NCBI GenBank assembly: GCA_964187785.1
Contig: OZ076414.1
Coordinates: 38,192,001-38,256,000 of the forward strand
Direction of reading: 5' to 3'
Source: Amphiscolops sp. MND2022
Taxonomy: Eukaryota
DNA length: 64,000 nt
A model generated the notes under the pieces. It saw only the letters and a list, made by a program, of their open reading frames with translations. It searched no databases and was not told where the DNA came from. Every line of letters begins with the position of its first letter. The first letter of the stretch is position 1. The position numbers and the translations under genes are program-made. Shown here one piece after another: positions 33,556 to 48,000 of this stretch.

Positions 33556-33916
33556 TTTTTAGTCGGCGCCTTTTCCCTTAAGGAAAAAAGCCCGACTCTT
33601 ACAGTGAGTAGTTTTTTTTTTTTCAGTTGACAATCTCACTCTGAGTGGTCCACTTTTCTTACAATTTTTGTTCATCTTTCGTATTTGTTCATCTTTCATC
33701 TTCGACCCAGCCGGAGAGCGTGGGTTCGAATCCCGCACTAAACCATAAATTTTTTAATGAGTTTTTCGGCATTGTGCGACCTAAAAATTTTTTTTTCGAA
33801 AAAAAATCAAAATTTTTTTTTGAAAAAATTTTTTTTTCCAAATTTTTCCAATAGTTGTTCCTTGAATATTTTTGAGCCTAAGATATGGCGCCGACTTGGG
33901 ACGTTCCCGTCTTGTT
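33556..33916 (+). mobile_element. HINE-A copy, short and full length, with an internal B-box-like segment
   Basis: TTTTAGTCGGCGCC...CCCGACT start and GCGCCGACTTGG-GACGTTCCCGTC-TTGTT end; GGTTCGAATCC at ~33723. Confidence 0.75.
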
Positions 33917-35758
33917 CTTCCAAATCATATTTATTTAGTTGTTTAAATAAAAATGATAATTTTCGTGCTTTGTCCACACCAAGATGTTATCGCAGCGTCC
34001 CGTAGGTCATGCCCACTGTCGAGAAAATTTTGGTAAATTGTTGCCAAACTTGGTTTTTTTCGCGTGGCATGTCAACAATCTGAAAATATTCTTCACTTTC
34101 ACGAAGCATCAGTAACCATTTATAAAATAAATACTTAAGGATGAAAAACCAAAAAAAACATGTTTTTTTTCATATGTTTAAAACATGTTTTTTCGTGAAT
34201 GTTATTTATGTTTTTCTTTTCATTTTGGCCAACCCTGTTTTCCAGGACTTCCGTCTTAATGCCAAGTCACATCAATCGTGGTAGATGAATTTCATCAATA
34301 CCGGGCCCACACTTCCTGCGTTAAGAACATGAAAGCAATCTCACGGGAATCCAAAGGCATGCGAATTTCAATTTTAGGTTTTCTGAAAACTTCAAGGATC
34401 CGGATCCCGGATCCAATGCCCAACATTATTAGCGTTGAAAAACAGACAGAGCTATTCACCATTCATATAATTAACAAGAGCATGTGACATTGATCTAAAT
34501 TCAAGATGCGACTCAAATAGTTCAAAATTCAACATTTGTATCGTCATTGAGCAATTGAAGGTTTATTGGAAGTTTTTCAAGATCCAAGAAACGTAAACTC
34601 CCGGTGCATCGAGAAAACGAAAAAGTCAGATGATGCTATTTGCGAGTAGTAAACTTTCGTGGCATGAACCGAATGATACGCGCACTTGATTTACTCAGTT
34701 TATTCGGTCAATCCCATGACTTGGTTACGCCGCTCAATCAATTATTAGTCTAGATCATAAGACTGTAATCACGCCCTTGAATAACGAGAGCAACAGTAAA
34801 AGACAACAAAATCTATACTGCTACGTGACAGCAAGATTATTGTAAAAAGGAAAATCTTGAAGAAATTTCAGATGAATCGATATGTATTTGCTTTGCTTGA
34901 GCTCCCGAAAGAACTGAACTCTGCGAATGAATCAAAAGCAATCATTTTGAAACTATTTCGCAATTTTCAAACAACCTTTTTGCAATTGTGGTTATGGTAC
35001 TTGCATCTCATACAGTAGCATACTAAAATCTTGCAACTCCATTACTCAAAATGACTAAGTTCAAAAATAAATAACTCGCAAACTGTCACAAATGCAAAAA
35101 ATTGTCAGCTAATGAAGTTTTTTTTAATTCATCAAGTTTATAACAATGTTTGTTTGAATTTTCTGCGACAAAAATTACAAAAGTTAGAAATTGAAAATTT
35201 TGAGGAAATTTTATCAAATTTGCACTTTTTCTCGATTTTCACAAAGTTGAGAAAATATTTCTGAAATATTTTCAGTCAATTATTTGCCCCCAAATCTCCT
35301 TAGGATGCTGGTATAATTGAAATATTTTTTAAAAATTTCCTATAAACATCAATTTTCTAAATACAATTCTTATAGCCTCAATACATTTGTTTGCAGCTTC
35401 TCAATACATGTGTTGCAGTGTTCATAGACACAAAATAGAGTACATTTTGTTCTGATTTCAAAGTAATTTTCGATTAGGACAATTCAATAGGTTCCAGAGA
35501 TTGTAAGGAATCTCCGAATATCTTTAATTCCCAGAAAACTTGAATTTAAGTCTCTCAAACAGGGTTGGCCAATATAAAACATGAGTGTTTTAAAACACGT
35601 TTTAAAACAGTTTTAAAACATTGTTTTATTTTGAATACAATAGATTCCAATCAAAGGCTTTTTATTTCATCTACACGTAATCGACGTGTAGACAGACAGG
35701 TAGGTGTCAAAATGAGCAATTCTATAAAATATCAAGTGAAATAGACAACCTATCCTGA

Positions 35759-36238
35759 ACAAGACGAGAACGTCTAAAGTCGGCGCCATATCTAAGCTCA
35801 AAAAGCGCAAAACAATTTTTTTGGAAAAAAAACTTGTAATTTTTGGAAAAAAATTTCTTTCAAAAAAGTCGCATAGTGCCGAAAACTGTAGAAGGGGGAC
35901 CCTTTGGGATTGATTAACATACATTCAGTTGCAAAATATGAGAAAACTCGAAGGGGGGACCCTTTTGAGACAATAAAAATTTTTTCGAAAAAAAAGTCTC
36001 ACAGTGCCGAAAAAAAATCGAAGGGGGGGGACTTTAGTCTCGTCGGGCTTGTAGGTAACGTTTAAAAAGTAAATGAATGCGCTCCCCGTTTGCCTTTAGC
36101 GGTCCAGTAGTTTAGTATTGTATTTAGTAGTTGAACGTTAATTTTAACGTTCGTCGCTTCGAGTCTGTCTTAAATGAAAAAAAAACGAGTGACTGTAATA
36201 GTCGGGCTCTTTTCTTAAGAAAAGCGCCGACTAAAAAA
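35759..36238 (-). mobile_element. HINE-A copy, full length
   Basis: AACAAGACGAGAACGTCTAAAGTCGGCGCC ... AGTCGGGC...GCGCCGACTAAAA. Confidence 0.75.
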
Positions 36239-36739
36239 TACTGAAATTGACACTCGAAATGCTATGCCTAGTACCGGTGGATTAGATCCATTTTGATCTT
36301 CGCAACAGGATTGGAGTTCAGAAAGTTGAAAAACTTGGTTTTGTGGTTCGATATTTGAATGATATTGAATAAATTCATTCTTTCAAGCTTGTTTTTCTAT
36401 CTTTTTGTAACGTTTATGTTGTTTAAAATTAATAGGAAACTTAGAAGGGCCAACTCTGCTCTCAAATATCGAAAAACTCAAATTTCAATTAAATTTTTCC
36501 AAAATTTGCAATTTGCAACTTTCTCAATATGGGAAATTTCAAACAAACACTTTAGTAAACTACAAAAGATTTTAAGAAACTTTCCCAGCTGACAATTTTT
36601 CGTATTTCTAGCAGTTTTCAAGTTATTTGGATTTGAAATGGCCAATTTGAGCAATGGAGTTGCGATATTTTAGAACGCTACTGTCTCTACTACGCGAGAT
36701 GCGTAACCACAAAAAATGCACGACAAACAGGGGTTGAAA

Positions 36740-37337
36740 AGATAGGCCCTCCGGGGCACACTATTAGTTCTGCTTCAATCTTTCATTAATAAATAGAATC
36801 ATATCTGGAATGCCAATACACTCCTGTTTAATCAATATTTAGGGCACAATCAATCACTGTACCAGTTTATACCGCCTTTAAATCTGTTGTTGAAAAATCT
36901 GTACATGTAAATATCATCAAGTACTTCTTTCTAGAATCAATTTCTGACTAGAATCAATTCCGTCTTTTAGTAGTAATAGTAGTAAAACTCGGACTAAAGC
37001 AAATTTATTTGAATGCAGGCGAAGCTCTCCGCGAAAGTATAATTAACACTCATTCGTCCATCCCAATAACTCGGCGCAACGAAAGCACAATTACGAACAT
37101 TCGCTCGCTTCATCTCAATGACGCCACCGTACGAATATATAATTACCATAATTACCACTCGCTCATTCCATCGCACGAGAATTGAATTGTCGTCGGCAGG
37201 TTGAGAAATTTAATTCTCACGCTTATAGTCACTGCCGAACAAAATATCTGAATTATTCAGTTTCGTGCTAAGCACTGTACTGAAAAAAAGTAGACATTTT
37301 GAGATTTCAATAATATTCCTGCTGAAGCAGAAATAAT
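36740..37337 (-). mobile_element. HINE-B copy, directly abutting a HINE-A copy
   Basis: ATAGGCCCTCCGGGGC...TTCTGCTTCA start and CCTGCTGAAGCAGAAATA end. Confidence 0.7.
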
Positions 37338-37338
37338 A

Positions 37339-37842
37339 AACAAGACGAGAACGCCTCAAGTCGGCGCTATATCTAAGGCTCAAAAAGCGCAAAACATTTT
37401 TTTTGGAAAAAAACTTGAAATTTTCGAAAAAAAATTTCTTTCGGAAAATGTCGCACAGTGCCGAAAAATGTAAAAAGGGGGACCCTTTTTGATTTATAAA
37501 CACGCATTCTGTAGCAAAATAACAAAAACTCAAAGGGGGGACCCTTTGGGGACATTTGAAAAAATTCGAAAAAAAATCTCACAGCGCCGAAAAAAAATCG
37601 AAAGGGGGGGGGGGGGGGGTACGAAACTTTAGTCCCGTCCGGGCTTGTATGTAACGTTTAAAAAGTAAATGAATGCGCTCCCCGTTTGCCTTTAGCGGTC
37701 CAGTAGTTTAGTACTTATTTAGTGGTTGAACGTTAATTTTAACGTTCGTCGCTTCGAGTCTGTCTTAAATAAAAAAAAAGAAAAAAAAACGAGTGACTGT
37801 AATAGTCGGGCTTTTTTCTTAAGAAAAACGCCGACTAAAAAT
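37339..37842 (-). mobile_element. HINE-A copy, full length
   Basis: AACAAGACGAGAACGCCTCAAGTCGGCGCT ... AGTCGGGC...CGCCGACTAAAA. Confidence 0.75.
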
Positions 37843-39029
37843 GAATTGATGAACAAAAAATTGCAATTTTTAAATGAAAATATATTTATTGGGTAATTTT
37901 AAGACATCAATTAACTGATTGGAAAATAGGCTATGAAGACCAGTTAATTGCAAGTTCGAAGTCTATTTCTCGGTCATATTTATATAGCCAAATATGCATA
38001 GTCGGAATAGCTAAATGAATTGAGTGTAGACTTGGCAAATATCACGTAATTCCAGCCGGAAAAACTTCTTGAGAATATCATTTCTGATTGTGATATGTTA
38101 TAAATGAAGTTTTAAAAAATGTTTTTCATTGAAATTGATTGCCAATTAACTTAGTCAATTAAATTGGAGAATTTCCAAAACTGCAATTAATTTATTGTGC
38201 CATTTTTGAATATTTATTAAATTGCAATTGATAATTTCCAATCCCTGAAGGTAAACCATAATGGTTCTAGGTAGTCAAGCTACGTCAACATTAAATAAAA
38301 TTAGTCAAGATGAAACTGTGTTTTCGATCATTGGACATGATTCACATTTATGGTGATCCCCGATATAGTAAACGTAGTGGTCTTTCTTATAATCAGATTT
38401 TCTAATATTCGGATGCAATAGTGAATTGAACTGATTGACATTCGGACCCAAGATACGCTATAAGCAAGTCTCTGATATCCGGGATCCACTGAACGTCTCA
38501 AATGATAAATCCGGAAGGAAATAAAACATCGAGAAAGCAATAGTCTTGCCATTTAAAAAAATATATTTTTTTTTGAAAAAAGTTGAAATTCTCAAGTTTG
38601 AACAGGTGAAATTCATTATAACCCAGTAAAATGAAATAATTTCTTAATAGTCTAGAAAGAAAAATAGTTTACTCTATTTTATGGCATCATGAAAATTCAC
38701 ACGATCATTATTTTCCGATTAATGCAAACTGTTGTTTGACATCTCAAAAATTCTGTTTTTTTTTGCAAACTGAAAAGTAGAACCCTTAACGAGTGAGATA
38801 CTGCAGGCAATATCTTACAAACGCACGCTTCAAAATTTGATTTGAAAAAATTGAAGTGACTCATCAATCATTAAATTTGACAACATCTTGTTGATAAAGA
38901 CAATATAACCCGCCATTATCAACCGAGACCTATTTTCCATGATTGGAAAAAGTGATTATTAAATTGATTGATATTTAATTACACAGACCATCATAACGTG
39001 TTGTTTTCCAATTGTTGGGAGAATAAGTT

Positions 39030-42000
39030 ATGAGGAAGAACCCGAGGGCGGTGCAGCTGAAGCCAGTTAAGCCAGTGGCAGCTGCAGCTCCCGTGAGGAG
39101 GAAGGTGCCCTTGTCGAGACCTGTCAAGGAAATGACTCCCACCAGCTCCACCATCCTCGTCTCCCCCAAAGAGGGCAAAACATTGCAGGTTATTTAATGT
39201 CCCGCCCCAAGTCGGCACTTTATACATATTCTGAACGCTTAATGGATCTTAAAAAAGCTGTAACGCCATTTTCAAGAAAACAAATTTAGAGACAGAGACC
39301 GTTTTCAGTCTCGTTTCAAAAATTGGGGAATGAATAGTGAAACTCGCTCTGTGTTGAGCGGCCCATTGGAAGTTAACGGCCAAAAATTAGAGGCGAAAAT
39401 TTATTTCCAAATATTGCACAACCCAAGTTCAAAACTATAACGAAAAAAAAACAAAACAATGCGATATCTTCACAAATCATGCTGATTTGTACTCTAATGG
39501 ACTCATTATTGATGTAATTTAAATTTATCAATTTCATTACAGGCTTCATGGCTAGATGAATCTTTGCTTCGTTACTATTTGAGTCATACTGTAAATTTCG
39601 CTTTCGCTGAACTCTGGTCCTTTTGATGCGAAGCTCAAAGTTCCATTTCTGAACTCTGTACAAGGTTCAAAGTTTGCCCATATTTTTGCGAGAAGGGTCA
39701 AAGTTTCTCATACAGTGCTCGAAAAGACCTTCAATTGTATTAAAAAGCAAGTTCATCGAAAATTCAAAGACTAACTGAAAGGATCAGAAAGATGCCTTGT
39801 CAAAGTACTTTTGAAGCTGCAACAATTTACCAACTCGGCTCTTCTAAACGACCCCCTCCTATATGATAATATTCCATATGAAATGTTTTTCTCGTACCAG
39901 AAGTTAACTTCAATTGAAATAAGATTTACGTTTGAACTAAAAAACCCCACATTTTGACGATTTTGATTGAAATAACTGTTTTATATGATTCAAAGATTTG
40001 CGTTGACTTTCTCTAAAACCGTAATGTCCGGCATATAAGCCCCCTAATTTCGAGCAGCAAACCCCATTTTTTGGGTGTACCCTGCGTATAAGCCCCCTTG
40101 AATGGGCTAGGAAATTTCCGGATCCATCCAAAAATCTGGTGCTTGAACTTTAAACCGCATTATCTATCTCCTAAATTATACTGAGCCCGACAAAAAAATT
40201 CTAGTGCGTTCGAAAGAAGACAATCAGGGCTTTCAAATTGATTTTTGAACTGATGGGCTGGGGGCTGCCCTGGACGTTGCGCCAAAACTTTGCACGCCTC
40301 GTGTCTGACTGCATTTCAGCATGTTTCAAAACATGCGACGGCCGCTCTGACACAATTTCGATACCAGTGGGATAATTGGCCACAAACGAAACCTGGAAAA
40401 ATGGAAAATCTGCGCTCGTTTTTTTTTGATTTTCTGGTCCCGTTTTCTTGACTTCGGAGACATCAAGTCAATAGTTCGTGGGAAGACGTGCAATGCTATG
40501 TAAAATAGTCTGAAAATCCTATTCAAAAGTTTTTACCATATGGCCAGCTGGTGCCTTCAGAAGTTTGCAGAAACTAAGTGGTACGAATTTGTACTATCGT
40601 CCATTTAGGGTTAATTAGGAACAACAAGAAATCATTAAGGGGAAAATTTAGAATCAACAACAGTTTCATCTTCGAATTATCCACGAAAATAAAATATAGC
40701 CTATAGCTATAGCATAGTGTGTATTTACTGCGCTGGAAGCTTTCTACAAGTCAACCCTTGTAAATGTAAACCGCACCCTGGTTGAAAAATACAATTCTTG
40801 CAAGATCTTGACAAAAAATACAAATCTTGCAAGATTCTGGCAGAAAATACATATCTTGCAAGAACCTGACAGAAAAAATATTTCTTACGAAGTCCTTGCA
40901 AGAAATACTTTTCTGTCAGATTCTTGCAAGAAATACATCAAACCAAGAGCAAAAGTTTTGTCAAAAAATTCACTAAATATGACCAACACGGGCACCGGAG
41001 AGTTTTTTTAATCCATTTTCACTTCGAGAGAGCCAAACACAGACACAATCACAGGTGAAAGTTTCCTTTCTTAGATAAATGGCGCTTTAGGAGCAATAGA
41101 ACCCAGATGTTAGTTACTAAGTTATCATACAGTCGACCTTTCAAGGGAAAAAGCACGGCTCTTGCAGTGACTAGTTTTTTCTCCAGTTCTTTTTGATCGG
41201 CACACTTTTCGTGCCAAAATGAAGAGTTCCACAAAGATATAGTACCTCAAACCCAAACTAGCTCTGAAGACACGCTTTTTCGTTCGACCTTCCGAAAAAT
41301 TGCCATACGGTTGTCTTTGTCAAACTAGAACTTCAAAAGTACGAGGCTGAACACATGCCACGGGGACTTTTTGGAACATGCTGAACACAACAATCTAGAA
41401 ATTGCATATCTTGCGAGATATGTTTGCCTTGCAAGAATCTTGCAAGCTAAAGTTTCATCTTGCGAGAATCTTGCAAGATGAGGTATATCTTACAAGAATC
41501 TTGCAAGAAACCTGCCAGAAAAATGCATTGTCTTGCAAGATTTGTATTTTTTAACTAGGGCTATAAGCCAACGTTGAATAGACGGGGTATGTTAATTTCT
41601 AGTTCACTTTTTAGACCCGGCATATCAGCCCCCTCCCCCGATTTGCATATGCAATGATATTGCAACTCCTATCAATGTAATGAATGGACTAGAAGAATGC
41701 AGGGCTTCAACAATTTGAATTGAGCTCACTTGAAAAATTGCAGGTGGGGGCATAAAAGAACCACTAACTCTTGGATTCACTGTGAGGTCCGTGGTTTGTA
41801 AAAATAGTTAGCCACTGTGGAGTCGGACACTGTGGAGATAAACAAAAGGACTATCGAGAGAAAGCGATGTTCTTTGTCAACTTAAACGGATTCATTATGT
41901 GATTTAGAATTTGTTTAAAAAGATATTTATTCCAACTCGTTTCAGCTGCATGTTGGCAAAATAACTAAAAAAGCTTGCAAAAATCGGTTAAACAGATTCG

Positions 42001-45000
42001 ATCAAATATATTTAAAATAATTTTCGGCTGCAAAACTTGTTAATTCTAAGCTAGAAGTCACTGATTGAACTAAATGTTCAAAATACGGGTGCTGGTACCG
42101 TGTGATTTTATATATGGTCCATGTGATCCACATGCATAAACCATGCATGATCACGTTGATTTTCAATATGCATGCATGGGAACGCAGAAACTAGAATAGT
42201 GAGAAAGCTAGAATCATTGAAACGCTCAGTAAAAAGTGTTGAGAAACTTGACACCAGCATTAGCATACCGATTAAGAAACTCAACATTTACATTTCCAAG
42301 AATTGAAAAGTGAATTTGAAAAGTTTCCTCAGCAGAATTTTGCTCTGGAATCTTCTAGTGATGTATATGCAGATATCATGGGTTTATTTGGCGAGTTCTG
42401 AACAAATGCAGAAACGAGTTTATTAAACCGAGGTGATCATTTCGGGATAGATGGAAATCCATCGCAAGCGCAAATAGGACGTCTGAAAATAATGGTTTTG
42501 TCTACAATCTGCACTCATCAGTTAGAAGAGGGTTGTCTCTGAAGTCTCTCTTAAACGACAATACTACAATACTACACTTTGCAGTTCACTGTGTGAAATT
42601 CAAATGAGACTCTTAATTCCAATGAACTATCTCAACGGGTTTGAAAGTTCTTTGTCAGCCCCCTTCAGAATTTTTCTTTTTTCTGTACCACCGGTTCACG
42701 GACATTCCACAGTTCCCGGGATTGTAGTGAAAACAGCATATCTGGTTTTGTTGCACAAGTTGTTGTCTAAGGATAGAGGGTTGTGGTTTTAAAAGCGTCA
42801 GGGAAGTTTGAGAAATTTGGCTTTTGACCGGAGGAAAAAATATTTTTTTCTAATTTTTGTGCCGTTCTGATCAAACGATGTACAGACAAAAGGAGAAGTA
42901 TAAACTGTGCTAAAATACGGGCTACTGGCAAAATTATTCAGAAGTTGAGAAATTGACGAGCTGCTTTAAAGCTTTGCTATGTTAATTGGGGTTTATAGGG
43001 TTTCAGAAACTCAATGAATAATAAGTACAAAACAATACAGAACACTTGACCAAATAATCAAATTTATCAGATTTCAATTAGTCTGGAAACAATTTCTACA
43101 AACAAAATCGCCAGGAAGTGGGGCACATGAAACGTTTCAGGTGATTTCGGTTTCTGCCAACGAGAATGAGTCATCGACTTCTGCGTCCTTTCACTCGGCC
43201 ACTGGGTCTGACTCATCCAACCACTCGAGTCCCAACCAAGAGAAGACTAGTGACTACTTGTTCACGACAGAAGACTCCACCTCTGGCTCGTTCCAGAGTG
43301 TGGAGAGCACCATGGAAGAGAGTCTCATCAACGAGCATCTCGCCCAATTGAGCACTTCTAGCAGCAGGTACCATGTTTACGCACATACTAACCAGAAGTC
43401 ACAATCTCGTAAATTTAAGAAATGCGGCCTTTACATTTGACAATTGTGACCTTTTGATTTTCCATCTCAACTCACTCAAATTGTACAGGTACCCAATGGA
43501 TACTTCGCTAAGTTACAGCAAGAGCGATGATAGAAAGAAGAAGTTGAAAAAGAAGTTATCAACAAACGAGAAGGGAGATATTGGAGTGAAATCATCCACT
43601 TCCACAGATGGGGGTTTCAAATGACACTCTAATATTTTCATTGCATAAGGGGGAGGTCTTTGAAAGTGCCACACAGGTTAAAATTCTGCAAGCGCTATGC
43701 AGATCGAATTAAACTACAAAAATACTTTAATTCTCCATGAAACGAATCAATTTGATGTAATTTTTTATTCCTATCAATTTTGAAAAAAAACATTATTCGC
43801 AGAACTAGAAAAACCACGAAAAAATTGGCGCATGTTTCAACATATGCAACAAAAAGCTCCTTCTGAAGCAGCTATACAAGGACCAAATTGCACAGCATTA
43901 ACGCCTACGGCAGAAAAATTTCGGAATCACTTTAGGCTCCCTGTCGCTCCAAAGCGTCTTTTGAAACAGCTTCGGTTTAGGACAACTTTCAAAACACTGG
44001 ATCTTGGGTAATGGTAAGACTAGGCTCGACAGTATTCCAGTCATTGAGGAGACTTTGGAACCTAACGGTAGAATTCTGTTCTCCAAGTAATGATCATTTG
44101 AAACATGGACAAGACAAAACAGTTAGTAGCAGCCCAGTGAAACGACATGTTCCCGATGACGTAATGAAAGATTACTCATCACTGGCCGTAGCCAAGACCC
44201 AGAAGAGAATGTTTGCATACCCCGCCAAGAGACAGAGTGGGGAAGACGATTCCAGTAGTGACGAAGACAAAACAAGTAAGAACATTTGACTCCAACTAAC
44301 CGACCAGTTCCTCATCCGTTTACAACAGCCGCGATCAGTTATCTTACAATAAACAATAGGGCCACAATAATCCATTAGAAAAACAAACAAGCCGCCACGA
44401 AAAATTACATTTTGGTTTCTATCAGTGTTGTATACCAATGGAATAAAGAAGTTTGGGAATGTAATACTGTATTGTACGTAAGATCAAGTTATAGTGTCCA
44501 CTATATCGTACTACAGATGACATTAAAGTTACTAGCAGGTATGTTATGTAATTAACATAAAAGGTCATAGAGTAAGTAAGAATTATGTAACATTGCGTTA
44601 CTATTGACCTTCAAACTATATTCATGTCACATTCCCCCCTGGTAGGGATAGTTATCTAGTACAATTGATAACTGTATTTTATAAATCAGAGGTACACAAA
44701 TTTAGTTTACATGTATAAACAAAAAGGTTGTATCAACTCAATTGTTGACAATGAGTCCATTCAGTTTCTTGTTTAAGTTTTGACGGTGCTTCTCGCCTCG
44801 ATACCATCATGCTGGTTTCCTCCCGTTCCTCCTGTTTTCTCTTCCGGTCTCCTCAGTCTGATTGTGTGTTTCCGCTGGCTTGGCTGTTTATTCGTTTAAC
44901 GGTGTTTCCTGTAAATATCAGAATGTTACTGGATTTCCGTATCTTATTATCGGATTATTCGTTCTTATTCTAGAAGATTTTCTAGTTTGTATGTTTGTAT

Positions 45001-48000
45001 TGTTTGTTTCAATTGTATCTGGTAACTCGGTTATTTCAGTTTTTATTTGGTTTTGGTTGTTTTGGTTTTGATTTTCGTTACCGTTGTTGTCGACGATGGT
45101 GATTGTTGTCGGGTCCTCGGCTATTGCCTCCATTGCTTGCTCTAGTTGTTCTTCGCTCATTCTGTCCACGTGAAGTTTTAGGTTGTTTTCTCCCGGGGTA
45201 TTTTCCTTGATTGTCTTTTTTCTTCCTCGTCCGATTTGTATCGGTGGTGTGAAGTCGAAGCTGGTTTCCATCCCCTCTACTGATGTTTCTGCCGTTGGGG
45301 TACTTGCTCGCCTTTCATCGGTCTCGGTTTCTGTCTCTTCTTCTTCCTCTTCTTCGTCTTCTGAATCTGACTGTATGGATGTTTGGACAAATCTTCCGTC
45401 TGTACCTCGACGGTTTTCTCCTCTTCGTGATAGGGGGTTCTGAAATGAGTTTGGTAATGGTTTACTTATCCGTTTTTTGTGTATTATTTTGTTTGTGTCC
45501 GTCGTTATTGTGTGTTTGGTTTCAGCTACTGCTATTTGTGGATTTGTATCGTATTCATTTTCAAATTTGTTGTTGTTGTTTTTTTTTCTAGGAATTTATA
45601 TGGGAGGTTATTACTAACATCGCATTTCAGCTTTCGAGGGGTTTTCATGATGAGTTGATCGTATCCTCCTTGTCCGTTGTTGAACGAGTAGACTTGTAGG
45701 GTCTCCGGTTGTGCTGAAACATAATCATTTTTGTCCGTTGGTAAGTTTGAGTAGCTGGTGAGTTCCGTTCGTGGCTTTCGACCATAGTGTCTTTCAAACG
45801 GTGTCTCTTTAGTTTTTGAGTGGATGGTCATTCGCATTACCATCTTGGACTGGTATAAAGCATCATTTAAGTTGCATTTGTCTTCTAAATTAGTCCTCAT
45901 TAAATCTTTTAGTGTTTTTATTCCCCTTTCTACTAGTCCCGTAGCTGTGTGTATATATGGTGTACCATATATTAGTTTAATGTGTAGATTTTTACACATT
46001 TGTCTAAACTCTTTTCCGGTAAAGGCGGTTCTTTTATCCGTTCTAATTACTTGTGGGATACCGTTCAGTAGTATGTACTGTTGTAAGAAAATTTTTGCTG
46101 TTTTGCCTGTAGGAGCTTCACATATACAGGCTGCCGGCCGTCTGCTTATACCGGTCAATAGATATCAGTATATAAAATCGCCGGTGCTTGAATCTTATTG
46201 GTCCGATGAAATCCAATTGGATTTCCTCGTTTGGTTTTTCTACCGGAGGTAAGTAATTTATCTCCGTCATTGGTATTTGTGGTTTTATACTCTTACCTGA
46301 CATTTTGCAGGGAATGCCTCGTTGCATTTCGTCTGAATGTCCTTGTTGAGTTTTGGCCACCAGAAGGTTTTGGCTGCGTGTGTCACCTTGTTGATGGCGG
46401 GGTGGCCTTTGTGTAGTAGTAAGATGACTGTTTTTCGTAGTGGCTTCGGAATTACTATTTTGTCATTATAGAACACTACTCCGAATCGTGTCGACATGTT
46501 TTTGTGGTGTTCCTGGTATTCGTCTGGTATCTGTTCGTAATTTCTCCTCTCCAGGCATACCAGTGTTTTAATTAATTTTTCCTCGTTTGTTGTTTCGTCT
46601 GCGATTGTTCTTAAATCGGTTGAAAATTTTTGTTCGGCCTGACGAATGGTTCCTTCTAAGTCCCATTCTTCGTTGTATTGCACTTTACTCGCCGTTCCCA
46701 TTTGTATATATCGTACACTGGTTGCCCCCAGGTATCTCGAAGTTGATCGCCGGTACAGCGATTGTTTGGTCAGAGTCCGATGACATCGTTTCTATTTCAT
46801 CTTGTTCTTGTGTGTTACTGCTTGTCCCGGTGTCGTCCCTTTTTGGCTTCGCTGATTTTTTCGATGACTCTATGGAAATCTCTTTTTCTCTCTAGTTCTG
46901 CTTCTGTCTCTCTGCTGTTGTTTTCCATTCGTTTCCATAACAATCTGTTTCTTTTCTGCCACAACTCAACTTCGATTCGTTTCTGTTCTGCCCGCAGTGT
47001 TCTGGATGGATTGTATTTTTTCCATTGTCCCTGCGTGAATCTGTAGTCGCCTGGATTTGTTATCTCCTTCCATCTTGTTGTTAATCTCAGTGTTTCTTCC
47101 GATGGGTCGTCCTTTTCGATAGATTCGATTGTTTTAATATCCATTCTGTTGTGTACGGTTTGGTTTGTGTCAGCTGTATTTGAACGTACTTTGCTTTTTG
47201 AGAATTTCAATGACCACTGTTTGTCTTGTTCGTATTCGTTGAGCTGTATTTTGTTCACGCTTCTTGTTTGTGATTGGCTGTTTGCTGACGCTGCTACTTC
47301 GTCCGTTTGTGCTTCTACTTTCTTTTCATCGGTGATGCTACCGTGTGTGTTAATGAACTCCAGTAAGGGTATTACGCAATTAATTACGTATTCTTCGTCG
47401 TAATTCTCAATTGGCTCCGGCTTTGAAATCGAGTTTCTACTCAAATAATCCGTCAATTTTAAATGCTTGCCAGCAATATGCTTTATGTTTATATCAAAGT
47501 GTGCTAATCGATCCAACCATCTTGTTAATCTTGCGCTATAAGTTTTAATTGATCTGTTTCGTTTAATTAGTGGTTCCAGCGCTTGGTGATCGGTTAGTAA
47601 CTCAATTGGCTTTCCATAAACATATAAGAGAAAAGGTTCGTCCCCACACTACTGCTAGTAGCTCTAGCTCGTTTATCGCATTTTCGTTTCGGTGTCAGAT
47701 AAAAATCTGCTTGCAAAGCCAACCGGTTTCAGATTTCCATCTTTTTGTTTTTGCCACAGTGTAGCGCCTAGTCCCTTTGTGCTTGCGTCGGTTGTTAGGA
47801 TATTTTCTTTATTCAAGTTGTAGTGCGCTAGACATGGCAATTGGGTGATCAATTTCTTTAAATTGTTGAACGCTTCTGTGTGTTCTTCTGTCCAGATCCA
47901 TTCGTTTTGTTTTTTCAGTAGTTTTCGGAGTATATCTGTCTGTGCTGATAGATTTTTGATGTACTTTGACAGATATTGTATTGCTCCCAGGAAGGATTTT

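Noticed and set aside
38975-39227. Minus-strand ORFs 38975-39178 and 38991-39227
   Set aside because: Antisense shadows of the plus-strand exon 39030-39188, which has the ATG and the phase-matching donor.
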